Assembly (NCBI GenBank): GCA_937928475.1
Contig: CALFVE010000080.1
Location: 1 to 45,528, forward strand
Reading direction: 5' to 3'
DNA: 45,528 nt
From: an uncultured bacterium
Lineage (GTDB): Bacteria; Armatimonadota; Zipacnadia; Zipacnadales; Zipacnadaceae
The position numbers were made by a program, and so were the translations under genes. The notes beneath the pieces were generated by a model. The model did not search any database and had not been told where the DNA came from. It saw only the letters and a program-made list of their open reading frames with translations. Numbering within the stretch: the stretch's first letter is position 1; each line of letters opens with the position of its first letter. Below, piece after piece: positions 18,491 to 27,775 of this stretch.

Positions 18491-19744
18491 ATGCCCCGCT
18501 TTCGCTACGAGGCTCGGGACAAGCAGGGACGGCAGGTTGCCGGCGAGGTGGAAGCCCGCTCGCGGGTGGAGGCCTCGCTGCGCCTGCGGGAGGCGGACCT
18601 GTGGATCACGAAACTGGTCCCGGCCGAAGTGGCACGCACTCGGCAAGCACCGAGCGCAGTCCGGCGAGCAGCGGGCCAATGGAGGTATTCCCTGTGGCCG
18701 GTCCGCGCCGCCGCCCTCCGGGACTTCTTCCTGCAACTGGCCGACCTGCTCCAGGCCGGGATCAACGTCTATGAGGCCATGACCGGGCTCGCGGACCGCG
18801 TGCACTGGCGACTGCGGCGGGTTGTCCGGGAGATCGCCCCGCCGCTGGCCCGCGGGGAGGGGCTGGGCGACCAACTGGCGCGCTACCCCTATGTCTTTGC
18901 CGCCACTACCGTCGGGATGATGCGCGCCGGCGAGCGCTCCGGGCAGTTGCCGGAGATGTGCCGGCTGCTGGCCGACCAGTACCAGCAGGACCATCGTATC
19001 TGGCTCAGTCTCTTGCCGGTGCGCCTGTATGGCTGGCTGGTCATCTTCTTTGCCATCATGGCGCCAGCGGTCCCGGCAGTGCTCCCGGCGGTGTTCGCGT
19101 GGCGGATGGAGCACTCCGAGGCCAAGATGGCAGAGGTGCTGGCGCAACTCTGGCAGCACTACGCGGTGCTGCTCGTGCACCGGCTGCTTCCGCTCTTTCT
19201 GGGGGTGGTCCTGCTGGACTGGCTAGTGCGCTGGCTGCTGCGACAGCCCTGGGCGGCGGGGCTGCGACAAAACCTACTCCGCTTCCTCCCGGGAGCCGCC
19301 GGATATCTGCAGATCGGCAGAAATGCGCGGGTCCTGGCGGTGCTGGAGGCAATGGTGCACGCGGGTGCTTCTTACGGCGAGGCCTTGGAAGTGGCGGCGG
19401 AGGCGGCCGGCCCGGGCGGGCTGGGCCGGCAACTCGCTCGCGCGGCCCAGCGGGTGCAGGCCGGGGAGCCGCTGGGGACGGCGATGGCCCAGGTGACCCG
19501 GCTGCCCTTTGCTGCCCGCAGTGCGATTCTCACTGCCGAACAAGCCGGCGCGCAGGAGCGCACCCTGGGGCGCCTGGCCGCAGCCGAGAGGGAGGCGCTG
19601 GAGGCCGCCCCTCGCCGCCTGGCCCTGCTCGGGAATCTGGGCGGCCTGGGTCTTCTGGGCCTCCTCACGGCTCTGGCGGTCGCCTGGGGCTATTACAACT
19701 ATTGGAGCGCGGTCTTTGAGGCCGGGGAGAAACTGATGCAATGA
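18491..19744 (+). CDS. Type II secretion system F / PilC family platform protein (orphan)
   Basis: N-terminus MPRFRYEARDKQGRQVAGEVEA is typical of PilC/GspF. Two T2SSF repeats are present (LRDFFLQLADLLQAGINVYEAM...GERSGQLPEM and LAVLEAMVHAGASYGEAL...AEQAGAQE). ATG 18491 is preferred. Confidence 0.8.
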   Translation: MPRFRYEARDKQGRQVAGEVEARSRVEASLRLREADLWITKLVPAEVARTRQAPSAVRRAAGQWRYSLWPVRAAALRDFFLQLADLLQAGINVYEAMTGLADRVHWRLRRVVREIAPPLARGEGLGDQLARYPYVFAATTVGMMRAGERSGQLPEMCRLLADQYQQDHRIWLSLLPVRLYGWLVIFFAIMAPAVPAVLPAVFAWRMEHSEAKMAEVLAQLWQHYAVLLVHRLLPLFLGVVLLDWLVRWLLRQPWAAGLRQNLLRFLPGAAGYLQIGRNARVLAVLEAMVHAGASYGEALEVAAEAAGPGGLGRQLARAAQRVQAGEPLGTAMAQVTRLPFAARSAILTAEQAGAQERTLGRLAAAEREALEAAPRRLALLGNLGGLGLLGLLTALAVAWGYYNYWSAVFEAGEKLMQ

Positions 19745-21849
19745 GAGGCGGAACCTCCTATCTGGTCATTGCGCTGATGCTCGCGGCGACGGCGGCGCTG
19801 CTGGCGCCGCTTGCCTGCCACGCTGCTGAAGGGGAGTTCAGCGTGCAGCAACTTCCCAACGGCGATTTCCGGGGGCAGGGTAGGATTGAGGCGCACCTGG
19901 AGACCCCGACCATTGTGCACTTGGGTCCCTTGGCGGGCTCCCAGGAGTTCGCGCTGCTGACCTTCACGGCGAAAGCCCTGGCGGGGACGCCGACCTTGCT
20001 AGTGGCGCCTAGCCGTGCTGCGGCGGCGGAAACAGCGCCTGAGCCGCCCTGGTGGAACTGGCTGCCCCCCACCGACGGAAGGGGCCATCGGGTGGAACTG
20101 ACCCTGGCGACGCCGCCGGGGGATCAGGTTTGCCTCGGCCTCGCGCCGGGGAGCGGGAAGGTGCAGATAGACGATCTGCGCCTGACGCCGCTGTTGAGGG
20201 AGCCGACCTACGACGATCCCTGGCTGAGCGGGCTGAAGCCGGCGACCTTCCCCGAGCCGCTGCCGGCCGGCTGGGTGCCGGAGGGGACCCTCGACGCAAA
20301 GCCCCGCCAGATCGGGGGGACGACGGAACTCGTCCTGAACGTGGGAGGCCTGACTATCACCCTCCCTGCCGAGACCACCGCCCTGCGGGGTTACCGGCAC
20401 GGCGTGCTGGTCTACCTGGACAATCGCGGCGAGGTGGACAAGTCGGTTACGATCTCGGTACAAAGCGCCGAGCCGGGCGGTGGAATGCCCACCTATACCC
20501 TCCCGGCGCGGGCACGGGGAACTACCGGGTGGCTGGCCCCCTTCCAGGCGATGCGAGCGGGAGAGCGCGTGGTGAAGTACACCTTCGCGGTGGGCAAGGA
20601 GTCGGCTTCCGCACCCGTCACCTTCCACGTACAGGCTGCCTATCCGGCGCTGGGGTCAGCTCCGGGCGGCCGCGGGGAAAGGCCCTGGGACCCCTCGGCG
20701 TGGATTGCCCTGCCATCTCAGTATCTGGTGGGACCTCCAGAAGCCTTGCCCGTCCTGCCCGACCAACTCCTGGAAATCCCCTGGCCGGAGGAGCGCGCAG
20801 TGGCAGGCCTCCGCTCCGCGATCTTGCGGCAGTATCCTGAATTGGCCCGCATTACCTTCCCTGCGGGAGCCGACGCCGTGGGCGGAATCGCGGCGGCCTA
20901 CCAGATGCTGAAGGAGCAAGTGCTCCCCTCGTCTCCCAACACAGCCGCCGTCTCGCCCACCTGGCCGCTGTTGCCCACCGAGCAGGGCCTGCAACCCTCG
21001 CCGCCGATGAAGGAGGCCTTCGAGCAAGGCCTCGGTGAGTGGGTGGAGAGCGTAGCAGTTGGAGTGACAGCGCTCCCCCGCGGCGGGGTGCTGCTGGAGC
21101 GCCTGGACGGGAAGGTCCCCTCCGGGCCGCAGACTTTCTGGCGCGAGTTCTCGCGGTGGTACAGTTTCGCTGCCCTGCGCGCTTGGCTGCGGGAGAAGCA
21201 GGCGGCGCATCCGGTGTTGCTGGACCTGACCGGAATGCCTGCCAACGGCGCTCCGCGGCTGGAGATGCTACTGCTGGCCCGCCTGCTCATTGACCAGACC
21301 TGGCAGGGCTCGACCGGGGTCATCTTCGGCGCCGACGGTGGCCTGCTGGCACAGGCCGACGGCAAGCCGCGCTCGCCCGTCTACGAGGCGGTCCAGGAGT
21401 TATGGCGGGAGTTGGCCGCAGCGGCGCCGATAAACGTGCCGGTGGGTGAGGACGGCCTGTGCGCGACCAGCCCGGAGGCGCCGGTGCGCTGCTGGGCTTT
21501 CCTACGCGGCCGGGAGGGGATTCTGTTTCTGGCCAACAACACCTCGGCGCCGCAGGACCTGGCCGTGGAACTGCGCCTTGACCCGGTTCAGATGCAGGTG
21601 CTTCGCTTGCGCGCCTTCGGGCCGCCGGTGGCGCGGGAGATCCAGGATCTCTTCCGCTATAGCGAGGAGGCGAAAAAGCGTAGACAACCGGCGGTGTACC
21701 TCCGGCTGGCTCCGGGGGAGGTGGTGGGACTGTCGTTGCGACTCGCCGTGTCCGACTGGACCTGGCTGCGTTCAGTGGGCCGGATGGCGCCGCGGGCAGA
21801 GCCGCTGCCGGGACCTCCGCCGCCCCTCGGCGACCGGCCCGCGTTCTGA
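19741..21849 (+). CDS. Hypothetical secreted protein, 702 aa (N-terminal CBM/jelly-roll-like segment suspected)
   Basis: Signal peptide MRGGTSYLVIALMLAATAALLAPLACHAAEG. Its ATG overlaps the TGA of the GspF-like gene (ATGA). The segment ending GSGKVQIDDLRLTPL resembles the last strand of carbohydrate-binding modules. No confident family assignment. Confidence 0.65.
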   Translation: MRGGTSYLVIALMLAATAALLAPLACHAAEGEFSVQQLPNGDFRGQGRIEAHLETPTIVHLGPLAGSQEFALLTFTAKALAGTPTLLVAPSRAAAAETAPEPPWWNWLPPTDGRGHRVELTLATPPGDQVCLGLAPGSGKVQIDDLRLTPLLREPTYDDPWLSGLKPATFPEPLPAGWVPEGTLDAKPRQIGGTTELVLNVGGLTITLPAETTALRGYRHGVLVYLDNRGEVDKSVTISVQSAEPGGGMPTYTLPARARGTTGWLAPFQAMRAGERVVKYTFAVGKESASAPVTFHVQAAYPALGSAPGGRGERPWDPSAWIALPSQYLVGPPEALPVLPDQLLEIPWPEERAVAGLRSAILRQYPELARITFPAGADAVGGIAAAYQMLKEQVLPSSPNTAAVSPTWPLLPTEQGLQPSPPMKEAFEQGLGEWVESVAVGVTALPRGGVLLERLDGKVPSGPQTFWREFSRWYSFAALRAWLREKQAAHPVLLDLTGMPANGAPRLEMLLLARLLIDQTWQGSTGVIFGADGGLLAQADGKPRSPVYEAVQELWRELAAAAPINVPVGEDGLCATSPEAPVRCWAFLRGREGILFLANNTSAPQDLAVELRLDPVQMQVLRLRAFGPPVAREIQDLFRYSEEAKKRRQPAVYLRLAPGEVVGLSLRLAVSDWTWLRSVGRMAPRAEPLPGPPPPLGDRPAF

Positions 21850-21866
21850 GGTCGCGGCGTCGCCGG

Positions 21867-23720
21867 TCACGGGGCCGCTCGCTCCTTGCTTGCCTCACGA
21901 GCGGCTGTTGCCATGGCCTCGAGCAGTACTTGCACGGTGCGCTCGCCGGCGCGATCGTCCGCCGGCCCTAGGTGGTACTCGAGGAAGCCGGCCCGCCGCC
22001 GGGCCAGTTCGGCGGTCAGTGGTCCGCCGGCCAGCGCGTCCTCCAGTGCGGGCCTAATATCTTCGTAGCGGCAGACACCCAGTGCTCCTCCTTCCTGCGC
22101 CAGAGCGAAGCGGGGCAGATACGGGGGCAGATTGACAGTGATCACGGGCCGGTTGGCCAGGGCCGCCGCGTAGACTACGGTCGAGTCCCGCGTCACCAGG
22201 ACCTCAGCGACCGCCAGCGCCTCTCGCAGGCCCAGGTCGCTTGCCGGGCAGAGGCGCACCGTTTCCGGGAAGTCGGCGCTGAGTTCGTGGTAAGCCGCCG
22301 TGTCAGTCTCCGCCGGATGCATCTTCACCAGCAGCCGAGCGCCCAGGCTCCGGCAGGCCTCCGCAACTCCCCGCAGCCACCAGCGGGCCTGTTGCCGCTT
22401 CACCTGCGCTTCGTCGGTTTGCGTCGCCGCCAGCACCACCCGCGCCGCGCCCAGTCCCAGCCGCTTCCGCACCGGGCCAGCCTCTGGCAGCCCTTCCCGG
22501 CGCAAGGAGTCATAGAGCGGGCTGCCGGCGATCGTCCAGCGCGCGCCGGGTTCGGTAAGCCCGGCGTATAGGTCCACCGTATTTTTCCCCCAGGCCACCA
22601 GGTGCTGCCAGGGTAGCACCACTCCGCTGCGATGCACTGGCCCGCGGATGCCGTGCTGGATGCAGGCGGTCGCCGCGCCTCGCGCGTGGGCGCCTAGGAC
22701 GAAGGGCGCCAGGAAGTCCGGCGACAGATGGAAGCCCGCGACCAGGCGGGGGCGCAGAGCCTCCAGGAGGCAACTGGCGGCCTCCCGATAGGCGGCCAGG
22801 GCGGGCAGGTCCCGCCCCAAGGCGACGATGAGCCGGGCCTCGGCCACCGGCAGCAGCCAGCGCGGGAAAATGCCCTCCTCCGCGAGGCGCTGAAGGCGCG
22901 GCCGACACTCCGGCCACTGCCTCATCAAACTTCGCCGCAGCCGGCGCACCGTGCTCGCGGCTTGCTCCAGTAGTGGGCGGATGTCCACCACCCGTACGCC
23001 GCTGCGCCGGAGGCCAGCGGTGGAGGACTCGTAGTGAAAATCAACTGCCGCGCAAGTGACTCCCCGGCTCTCCAGCAGACTGGAGAGTAGGCTAATCAGG
23101 GGCGCGGTAGTTGCCGCTACCCCCAGGAAGAGCACCTCGCAGCGGTCGGAGGAGAGGTTTTCTGTGGGAAGACGGGCGCAATCCAGGCAAAGCGGCAGCC
23201 GGCGAGCGGCTCGTCGCGCCAATTGAGGCAAGAGCGCGCGGCGCAGGCGCGTTCGCCAGGGTAGTTGCGGCCCGCGCAGGTCACAATCCGCCTCGCGAGC
23301 AGCCTCCGCCACCGCCTCCGCAGCGCCGCTGCCGCCTAGCCACCAGGGGGGACCGTAAGCCGCAACCAGCCGAGCGCTGTTCGGGGCCGCCTCCCGCAAG
23401 GCCCGCCGAGCAATCGCCAGGTTCATGAGCACAGGCGCCAGACTGTAGCGCGCGAATTCGTGCTCATAGCACTGCCACAGGGAAGGCAAGCAGGGACGGG
23501 GGGCGTCCGCCACCGTCTTGGGGAGCACGTCGGCCAGGGCGCGGGCCAGACGCAGGGCCTCTTGCGCGACCGCACTGGTCTGGCCCCGAAGCGCCGAGAG
23601 GACGGGATGATCGCTCAACTCAACCGTGCGCAGTTCGGATACCAAAGGGACGCCCGCGCCGGGCGCAGCGCCGGGGGCGCGGAAGACGACCTCGGTGCCG
23701 TCGGCACGCTCCCGGGTCAT
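21867..23720 (-). CDS. Hypothetical protein with C-terminal GT-B-fold-like (capsule/teichoic-type glycosyl- or phospho-transferase-like) domain
   Basis: Start set to ATG 23720, which overlaps the dinB stop (ATGA). The upstream 128 codons of the ORF track overlap dinB. The C-terminal pattern LLVKMHPAE...VLVTRDSTVVYAAALANRPVITV resembles the GT-B C-terminal Rossmann half. Confidence 0.5.
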   Translation of the reverse strand: MTRERADGTEVVFRAPGAAPGAGVPLVSELRTVELSDHPVLSALRGQTSAVAQEALRLARALADVLPKTVADAPRPCLPSLWQCYEHEFARYSLAPVLMNLAIARRALREAAPNSARLVAAYGPPWWLGGSGAAEAVAEAAREADCDLRGPQLPWRTRLRRALLPQLARRAARRLPLCLDCARLPTENLSSDRCEVLFLGVAATTAPLISLLSSLLESRGVTCAAVDFHYESSTAGLRRSGVRVVDIRPLLEQAASTVRRLRRSLMRQWPECRPRLQRLAEEGIFPRWLLPVAEARLIVALGRDLPALAAYREAASCLLEALRPRLVAGFHLSPDFLAPFVLGAHARGAATACIQHGIRGPVHRSGVVLPWQHLVAWGKNTVDLYAGLTEPGARWTIAGSPLYDSLRREGLPEAGPVRKRLGLGAARVVLAATQTDEAQVKRQQARWWLRGVAEACRSLGARLLVKMHPAETDTAAYHELSADFPETVRLCPASDLGLREALAVAEVLVTRDSTVVYAAALANRPVITVNLPPYLPRFALAQEGGALGVCRYEDIRPALEDALAGGPLTAELARRRAGFLEYHLGPADDRAGERTVQVLLEAMATAAREASKERAAP

Positions 23721-25015
23721 GCCGAGTCCTCCCGAGCCTCCCCGTGGGGCACGGACTTGGTGATGAACCGGCCGCGGCGCAGCGCCTGCTCGCCGAACTT
23801 TTCGCGCACGCGGTCCACGGCGCGGTCCACCGGCCGAGGCGGCTGGCCGTCGCCAAACAAGGCCGGCTGGCGCGCGCTCGCGAAGTTGCTTACGCCCACC
23901 CCGATCAGACGAATCTGGCGGCCCGCCTGCAGTTGCGAGGCCAGTAGCCGGCGGGCACGGCGGAAGATCGCCAGGTCCTCGCAGACTGGCTCCGGCTCGG
24001 TGGAGCGGCGCGTGATGGTACGGAAATCGGAGAAACGCAGTTTCAGAGTGACGGTAGTCCCGGCCAATCCCTTGCGGCGCAGGCGCTCCCCTACCCGCTC
24101 GCATAGGGCCAACAGGGCGGTTTCCAGGAAGTCGCGCTCGCTGGTATCGTGGTCAAAGGTGGTCTCCGCGCTGACTTGCTTAGGCTCTCCGACCACCACC
24201 AGGGGAGTGTCGTCAATCCCGTGGGCTAGTTGGTGCAGGCGGCGGCCGTACTCGCCGAACTGCTGCTCCAGCAGTTCTAGGGGGTAGGCCGCGAGTTGGC
24301 CCACGGTGCGCAGGCCCAGCCGCCGCAAACGCTCGGCGGTAACTTCCCCCACGCCCCACAGCGCCTCCAGGGGCAGATCGCGCAGGAAAGCCTGGATTTC
24401 CTCTGGGCGCACCACGACCAGCCCGCCCGGTTTGTCTCGCTCGGAAGCGAGTTTGGCCAGGAAGCGGTTAGGGGCAACCCCCAGCGAGGCGGACAAGCCC
24501 AGTTCGGTACGCAGACGCTGCTGAATCTGCCGCGCGATCTCCTGCGGGGGGCCGAACAGTCGCTGGCAGCCGGTCACGTCCAGGAAGGCCTCGTCCACTG
24601 ACACTGGCTCTACCAAGGGGCTGTATTGCCTCAGAATAGCCACGACCTGGGCAGAAACTTCGGCGTAGCGGCGACCCCGAGGGCGCAGGAAGACGGCGTG
24701 GGGGCAGCGGCGGCGGGCTTCGGCAGCGGGCATGGCGGAGCGGATACCGAAGCGGCGAGCCTCGTAACTGGCGGCCGCCACCACGCCCCGACCGGTGGGA
24801 TCGCCGCCCACAATCACCGGCTGGCCGCGCAGTTCGGGACGGTCCCGCTGCTCCACGGCGGCGAAAAAGGCGTCCATGTCTACGTGCAGGATCCAGCGCT
24901 CCACGCGGGCATTGTACCGTCTAAGCAGGAGACCGTAAAGCCGGGGGAGAACGAGCACGAGAGGGGCGGCGAGGCGAAGGAGATACTCAAGACCCAGCGG
25001 CATCGGAGAGACCAC
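23717..25015 (-). CDS. dinB: DNA polymerase IV (Y-family)
   Basis: ILHVDMDAFFAAVEQRD, VIVGG, SIDEAFLDVT-like VSVDEAFLDVTG, and the little-finger region. The true start is probably the internal GTG at 24904 (VERWILHVDMD), because the long start abuts the divergent DUF169 gene by 1 nt. Confidence 0.9.
   Translation of the reverse strand: MVSPMPLGLEYLLRLAAPLVLVLPRLYGLLLRRYNARVERWILHVDMDAFFAAVEQRDRPELRGQPVIVGGDPTGRGVVAAASYEARRFGIRSAMPAAEARRRCPHAVFLRPRGRRYAEVSAQVVAILRQYSPLVEPVSVDEAFLDVTGCQRLFGPPQEIARQIQQRLRTELGLSASLGVAPNRFLAKLASERDKPGGLVVVRPEEIQAFLRDLPLEALWGVGEVTAERLRRLGLRTVGQLAAYPLELLEQQFGEYGRRLHQLAHGIDDTPLVVVGEPKQVSAETTFDHDTSERDFLETALLALCERVGERLRRKGLAGTTVTLKLRFSDFRTITRRSTEPEPVCEDLAIFRRARRLLASQLQAGRQIRLIGVGVSNFASARQPALFGDGQPPRPVDRAVDRVREKFGEQALRRGRFITKSVPHGEAREDSA
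24911..24939 (-). promoter_or_regulatory. Candidate sigma70-type promoter for a leaderless dinB transcript
   Basis: On the minus strand: TTTACG - 17 nt - TACAAT - 6 nt - GTG (24904). No SD precedes that GTG. Confidence 0.3.
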
Positions 25016-25016
25016 G

Positions 25017-25769
25017 ATGACTAGCGAAGAACTCGTCGCCCGCAGCGCAGAACTCCGCCGAATGATCGGCCTGCGCCACGAGCCGCTGGGTTTCTTCTAC
25101 AGCGATGAGGTCCCAGAGGGATACCAGCCGCCGGCCGGCCAGAGGGGCTGCCTGGTGGCGGTGCTCTCTCGGGCCAGGCGTGGCGAGACGGTGTACTTTG
25201 CTGCAGAGACGGTGGGTTGCGGCGGAGGTGGGTACTATCTGGGCTTCTGCCCCGCTCGCCCGGGGGTGGACGAGTTTGTCTCCACCGGCATTCCTGGACA
25301 GATGGAAGGAGAGCGCTATAAGAAATCTCCGGAGTTGGTGCGCGCCTATCGGGAGCAGCACCCGCCGCAACCGGCGCCAGCGCGCTTCGCGGTGTTCGCG
25401 CCGCTGTCCCGGCTGAGTGCGGACCCGCAGCCGCTGGTAGTGATCTGTTTCGCCGGGCCTGATGAACTGGCGGGCCTGGTCGGGCTGGCCGGCTTCGCCC
25501 GCGCCGAGGATGCGGTCATCTGCCCCTTCGGCTCCGGGTGCGGGACAATCGTGACTCGGCCTTTGGCGGAGGCCAGGTCCCCGCTGCCTCGGGCGGTGCT
25601 GGGGCTGTTTGACCCTTCGGCGCGAGGCTTTGTGGGCGCCGACGAACTCAGTTTCGCCGCGCCGCTGGCTCTGTGGCAGGAGATGCTCTCGAACCTGCAA
25701 GAGAGTTTTCTGCGTACGCCAACCTGGGCGCGACTGCGCGCCCGCCTCGGGGAACTGTCTACCGGGTAA
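25017..25769 (+). CDS. DUF169 (COG2043) family protein
   Basis: 250 aa with a DUF169-like layout: LRHEPLGFFYSDEVPEGY, CLVAVLSRARRGETVYFAAETVGCGGGGYYLGF, C-terminal CPFGSGCG. Confidence 0.7.
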   Translation: MTSEELVARSAELRRMIGLRHEPLGFFYSDEVPEGYQPPAGQRGCLVAVLSRARRGETVYFAAETVGCGGGGYYLGFCPARPGVDEFVSTGIPGQMEGERYKKSPELVRAYREQHPPQPAPARFAVFAPLSRLSADPQPLVVICFAGPDELAGLVGLAGFARAEDAVICPFGSGCGTIVTRPLAEARSPLPRAVLGLFDPSARGFVGADELSFAAPLALWQEMLSNLQESFLRTPTWARLRARLGELSTG

Positions 25770-25939
25770 TCCTGGGGATGCCCGGGGAGGTGAACGGTCC
25801 CTCTGAGCAGAATACAATAATCACAGACCTACTGGCGGCGAGCCCCTGGCGGCGAAGGAAGCCGACCAGAGCGCGGCCGGGCGGAGGCGCAGTGCTTGGG
25901 CGAGAGGGAAAGGCCGCGGTTGTCTGCGGAGGTAAGGTA

Positions 25940-26455
25940 GTGGCCTCGGAGGCGGCCGATCCCCTAGAATGGCTCAAAGAGCGTCTCAACGCAGCCGTGC
26001 GTGCCTGCTGCAGTAACGCCGAGCGCCGCATCGGCTACGGCAACCTGCGCCATGAGTACTCGCAGTGGCGGCGGGACAGCGAATGTCCAACCAACATCGC
26101 CATCATCTACGAGACGCCAGGCGGCTCAACCACCCAGTTGAACATCACCTATGAGCCGCAGACCAAGCGGTTCAGTTACCTGAGCGCAGACCTCGAGCAC
26201 CGGGTGGAGTCGGCCGACCCCGCCCAGGTCCTGCGCATGATTGAGGACCATCTGCGGGGCATCCCGGAAAAGCGGGAGCGGCAGCTCCAGATGCAGATTG
26301 ACCTGTGGGTGGAGCAGGGCCTCAGCCGCAGCGAACTCTTCGCGCAACTGAACAGGCTTCTGCAGGCCGAGTTTCTGGGCGGCCGGATTACCACCCAGGA
26401 ACTGCAAAAGGGCATTCAGTACGCTATCCGGCGCTATACCCAGGCCCGGCAGTAG
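25940..26455 (+). CDS. Hypothetical protein (no recognisable family)
   Basis: Start chosen at GTG 25940, with GGAGGT 6 nt upstream. ATG 25778 is the alternative. The upstream part of ORF 25673.. overlaps DUF169 and is R/G-rich junk-like. A TACAAT box lies at 25813-25818. Confidence 0.5.
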   Translation: MASEAADPLEWLKERLNAAVRACCSNAERRIGYGNLRHEYSQWRRDSECPTNIAIIYETPGGSTTQLNITYEPQTKRFSYLSADLEHRVESADPAQVLRMIEDHLRGIPEKRERQLQMQIDLWVEQGLSRSELFAQLNRLLQAEFLGGRITTQELQKGIQYAIRRYTQARQ

Positions 26456-26516
26456 CCGCGGCCACCGGCCTGTTGCTTCGCGCAACTGCCTCGCAGTGTC
26501 CCAAGGGGGAATCTGC

Positions 26517-27659
26517 ATGCCTACCCTCTTCGGTCGCCATTTCACCTGTGACGAACTGCTGCGCAAAGTCGGGCGCATCGAGCAGGTCGGCGGGGTGCAG
26601 CCGCTGACCCTGGCCGAGGGTCGCGAGCAGGGAGTGCGGGCGCTGCAATTGCGCACCGGCACCGGCCTGAGCCTCACAGTTGCCGTGGACCGGGCGCTGG
26701 ACCTGGTGGCGGCCGAATGGCAAGGGCGGTCTTTGTGCTGGCAGTCTCCGGGCGGCGTCGCGCATCCTTCTTACTGTGAACCAGCGGGCCTGGGCTGGCT
26801 GCGCACCTTCCCCGGCGGTCTGCTGGCCACGTGCGGCCTCACCTGGTACGGGGCGCCCCACGACGACCCTCAGGCGGGAGTGGAAGGACACTCGGGTCTG
26901 GGGCTGCACGGCCGCATCGGGGCTATCCCGGCCCGGCAGGTGGCCTGGGGTGGGGAATGGGAAGGCGACGAGTACGTGATGTGGGTGGAGGGCCAGATGG
27001 AGGAGTGGATCCTCTTCGGCCCGCATTTGGAACTACGCCGCCGCCTGTGGGCGCGTCTAGGCGAAAATCGCTTTTACCTGCGCGACGTAGTGACCAATCG
27101 CGGCTTCGTCCCCCAGGAGCACATGATCCTGTATCATGTCAACCTGGGCTTCCCCCTGCTCGATGAGGGCGCGCGCTGCCTCTTCCCCGCCCGCAAGGTA
27201 CTAGCCCGCACCGCTTACGCTCAGCAGTCCATCGCGCAGTGGGATCGCTTCGAGCCACCCCAGCCTGGTCTGGAGGAGCGGGTCTACTATTACGAACTGG
27301 CCGCCCGGACCGATGGGCGCACCTGCGTCGCTTTAGTCAACCGCGCCACCGACGCCGGGCAGCCCCTGGGATTGGCGCTGCGCTACAACCTGGCGATGCT
27401 GCCGGTGCTGGTACACTGGAAGATGCCGGGCGCGGGCAGTTATGTGACCGGGGTGGAGCCCGGTACCAACTTCGGCGATGGGCGGCCCCGCGAGCGCGAG
27501 GCCGGGCGGATGATCGTGCTGGAGCCGGGCGAGTCGCGGACCTACGAGATCGAGTTCGGCCTGTTGACCACGGACGAGCAGTTGGAGGCGGTAGAAGAGG
27601 AAATCCGCGGCCTCACCGGCGGGGAGCCGCCGGAACTGGGCACGGCACCGGTCACCTGA
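26517..27659 (+). CDS. DUF4432 / aldose-1-epimerase (galactose mutarotase)-like protein
   Basis: MPTLFGRHFTCDELLRKVGRIEQVGGV..., DRALDL..AEWQGRSLCW, HGRI...PA and YHVNLGFPLL are typical of the DUF4432 mutarotase-like family. GGGGGA SD before ATG 26517. Confidence 0.75.
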   Translation: MPTLFGRHFTCDELLRKVGRIEQVGGVQPLTLAEGREQGVRALQLRTGTGLSLTVAVDRALDLVAAEWQGRSLCWQSPGGVAHPSYCEPAGLGWLRTFPGGLLATCGLTWYGAPHDDPQAGVEGHSGLGLHGRIGAIPARQVAWGGEWEGDEYVMWVEGQMEEWILFGPHLELRRRLWARLGENRFYLRDVVTNRGFVPQEHMILYHVNLGFPLLDEGARCLFPARKVLARTAYAQQSIAQWDRFEPPQPGLEERVYYYELAARTDGRTCVALVNRATDAGQPLGLALRYNLAMLPVLVHWKMPGAGSYVTGVEPGTNFGDGRPREREAGRMIVLEPGESRTYEIEFGLLTTDEQLEAVEEEIRGLTGGEPPELGTAPVT

Positions 27660-27775
27660 GTCCGGACCCTGGCGCTCGGCCTAGCCGCTGCTTAGGGGCG
27701 GGATACAGTCGGACTCATTTCCCCGCCGCAAGCGGCCCGGCACGTAGGCTGGTCCGATTGGCTTGCACTTGGTCG

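Noticed and set aside
27693-27727. Possible third copy of the TAG-GGGCGGAT hairpin element (TAGGGGCGGGAT...CCCCGCC on the plus strand after the DUF4432 gene).
   Set aside because: Only the first ~12 nt match. Loop length (16 versus 26 nt) and loop sequence differ, and the TAG is not a stop codon here. It is more simply a GC-rich hairpin between convergent genes. Kept as an unconfirmed relative.
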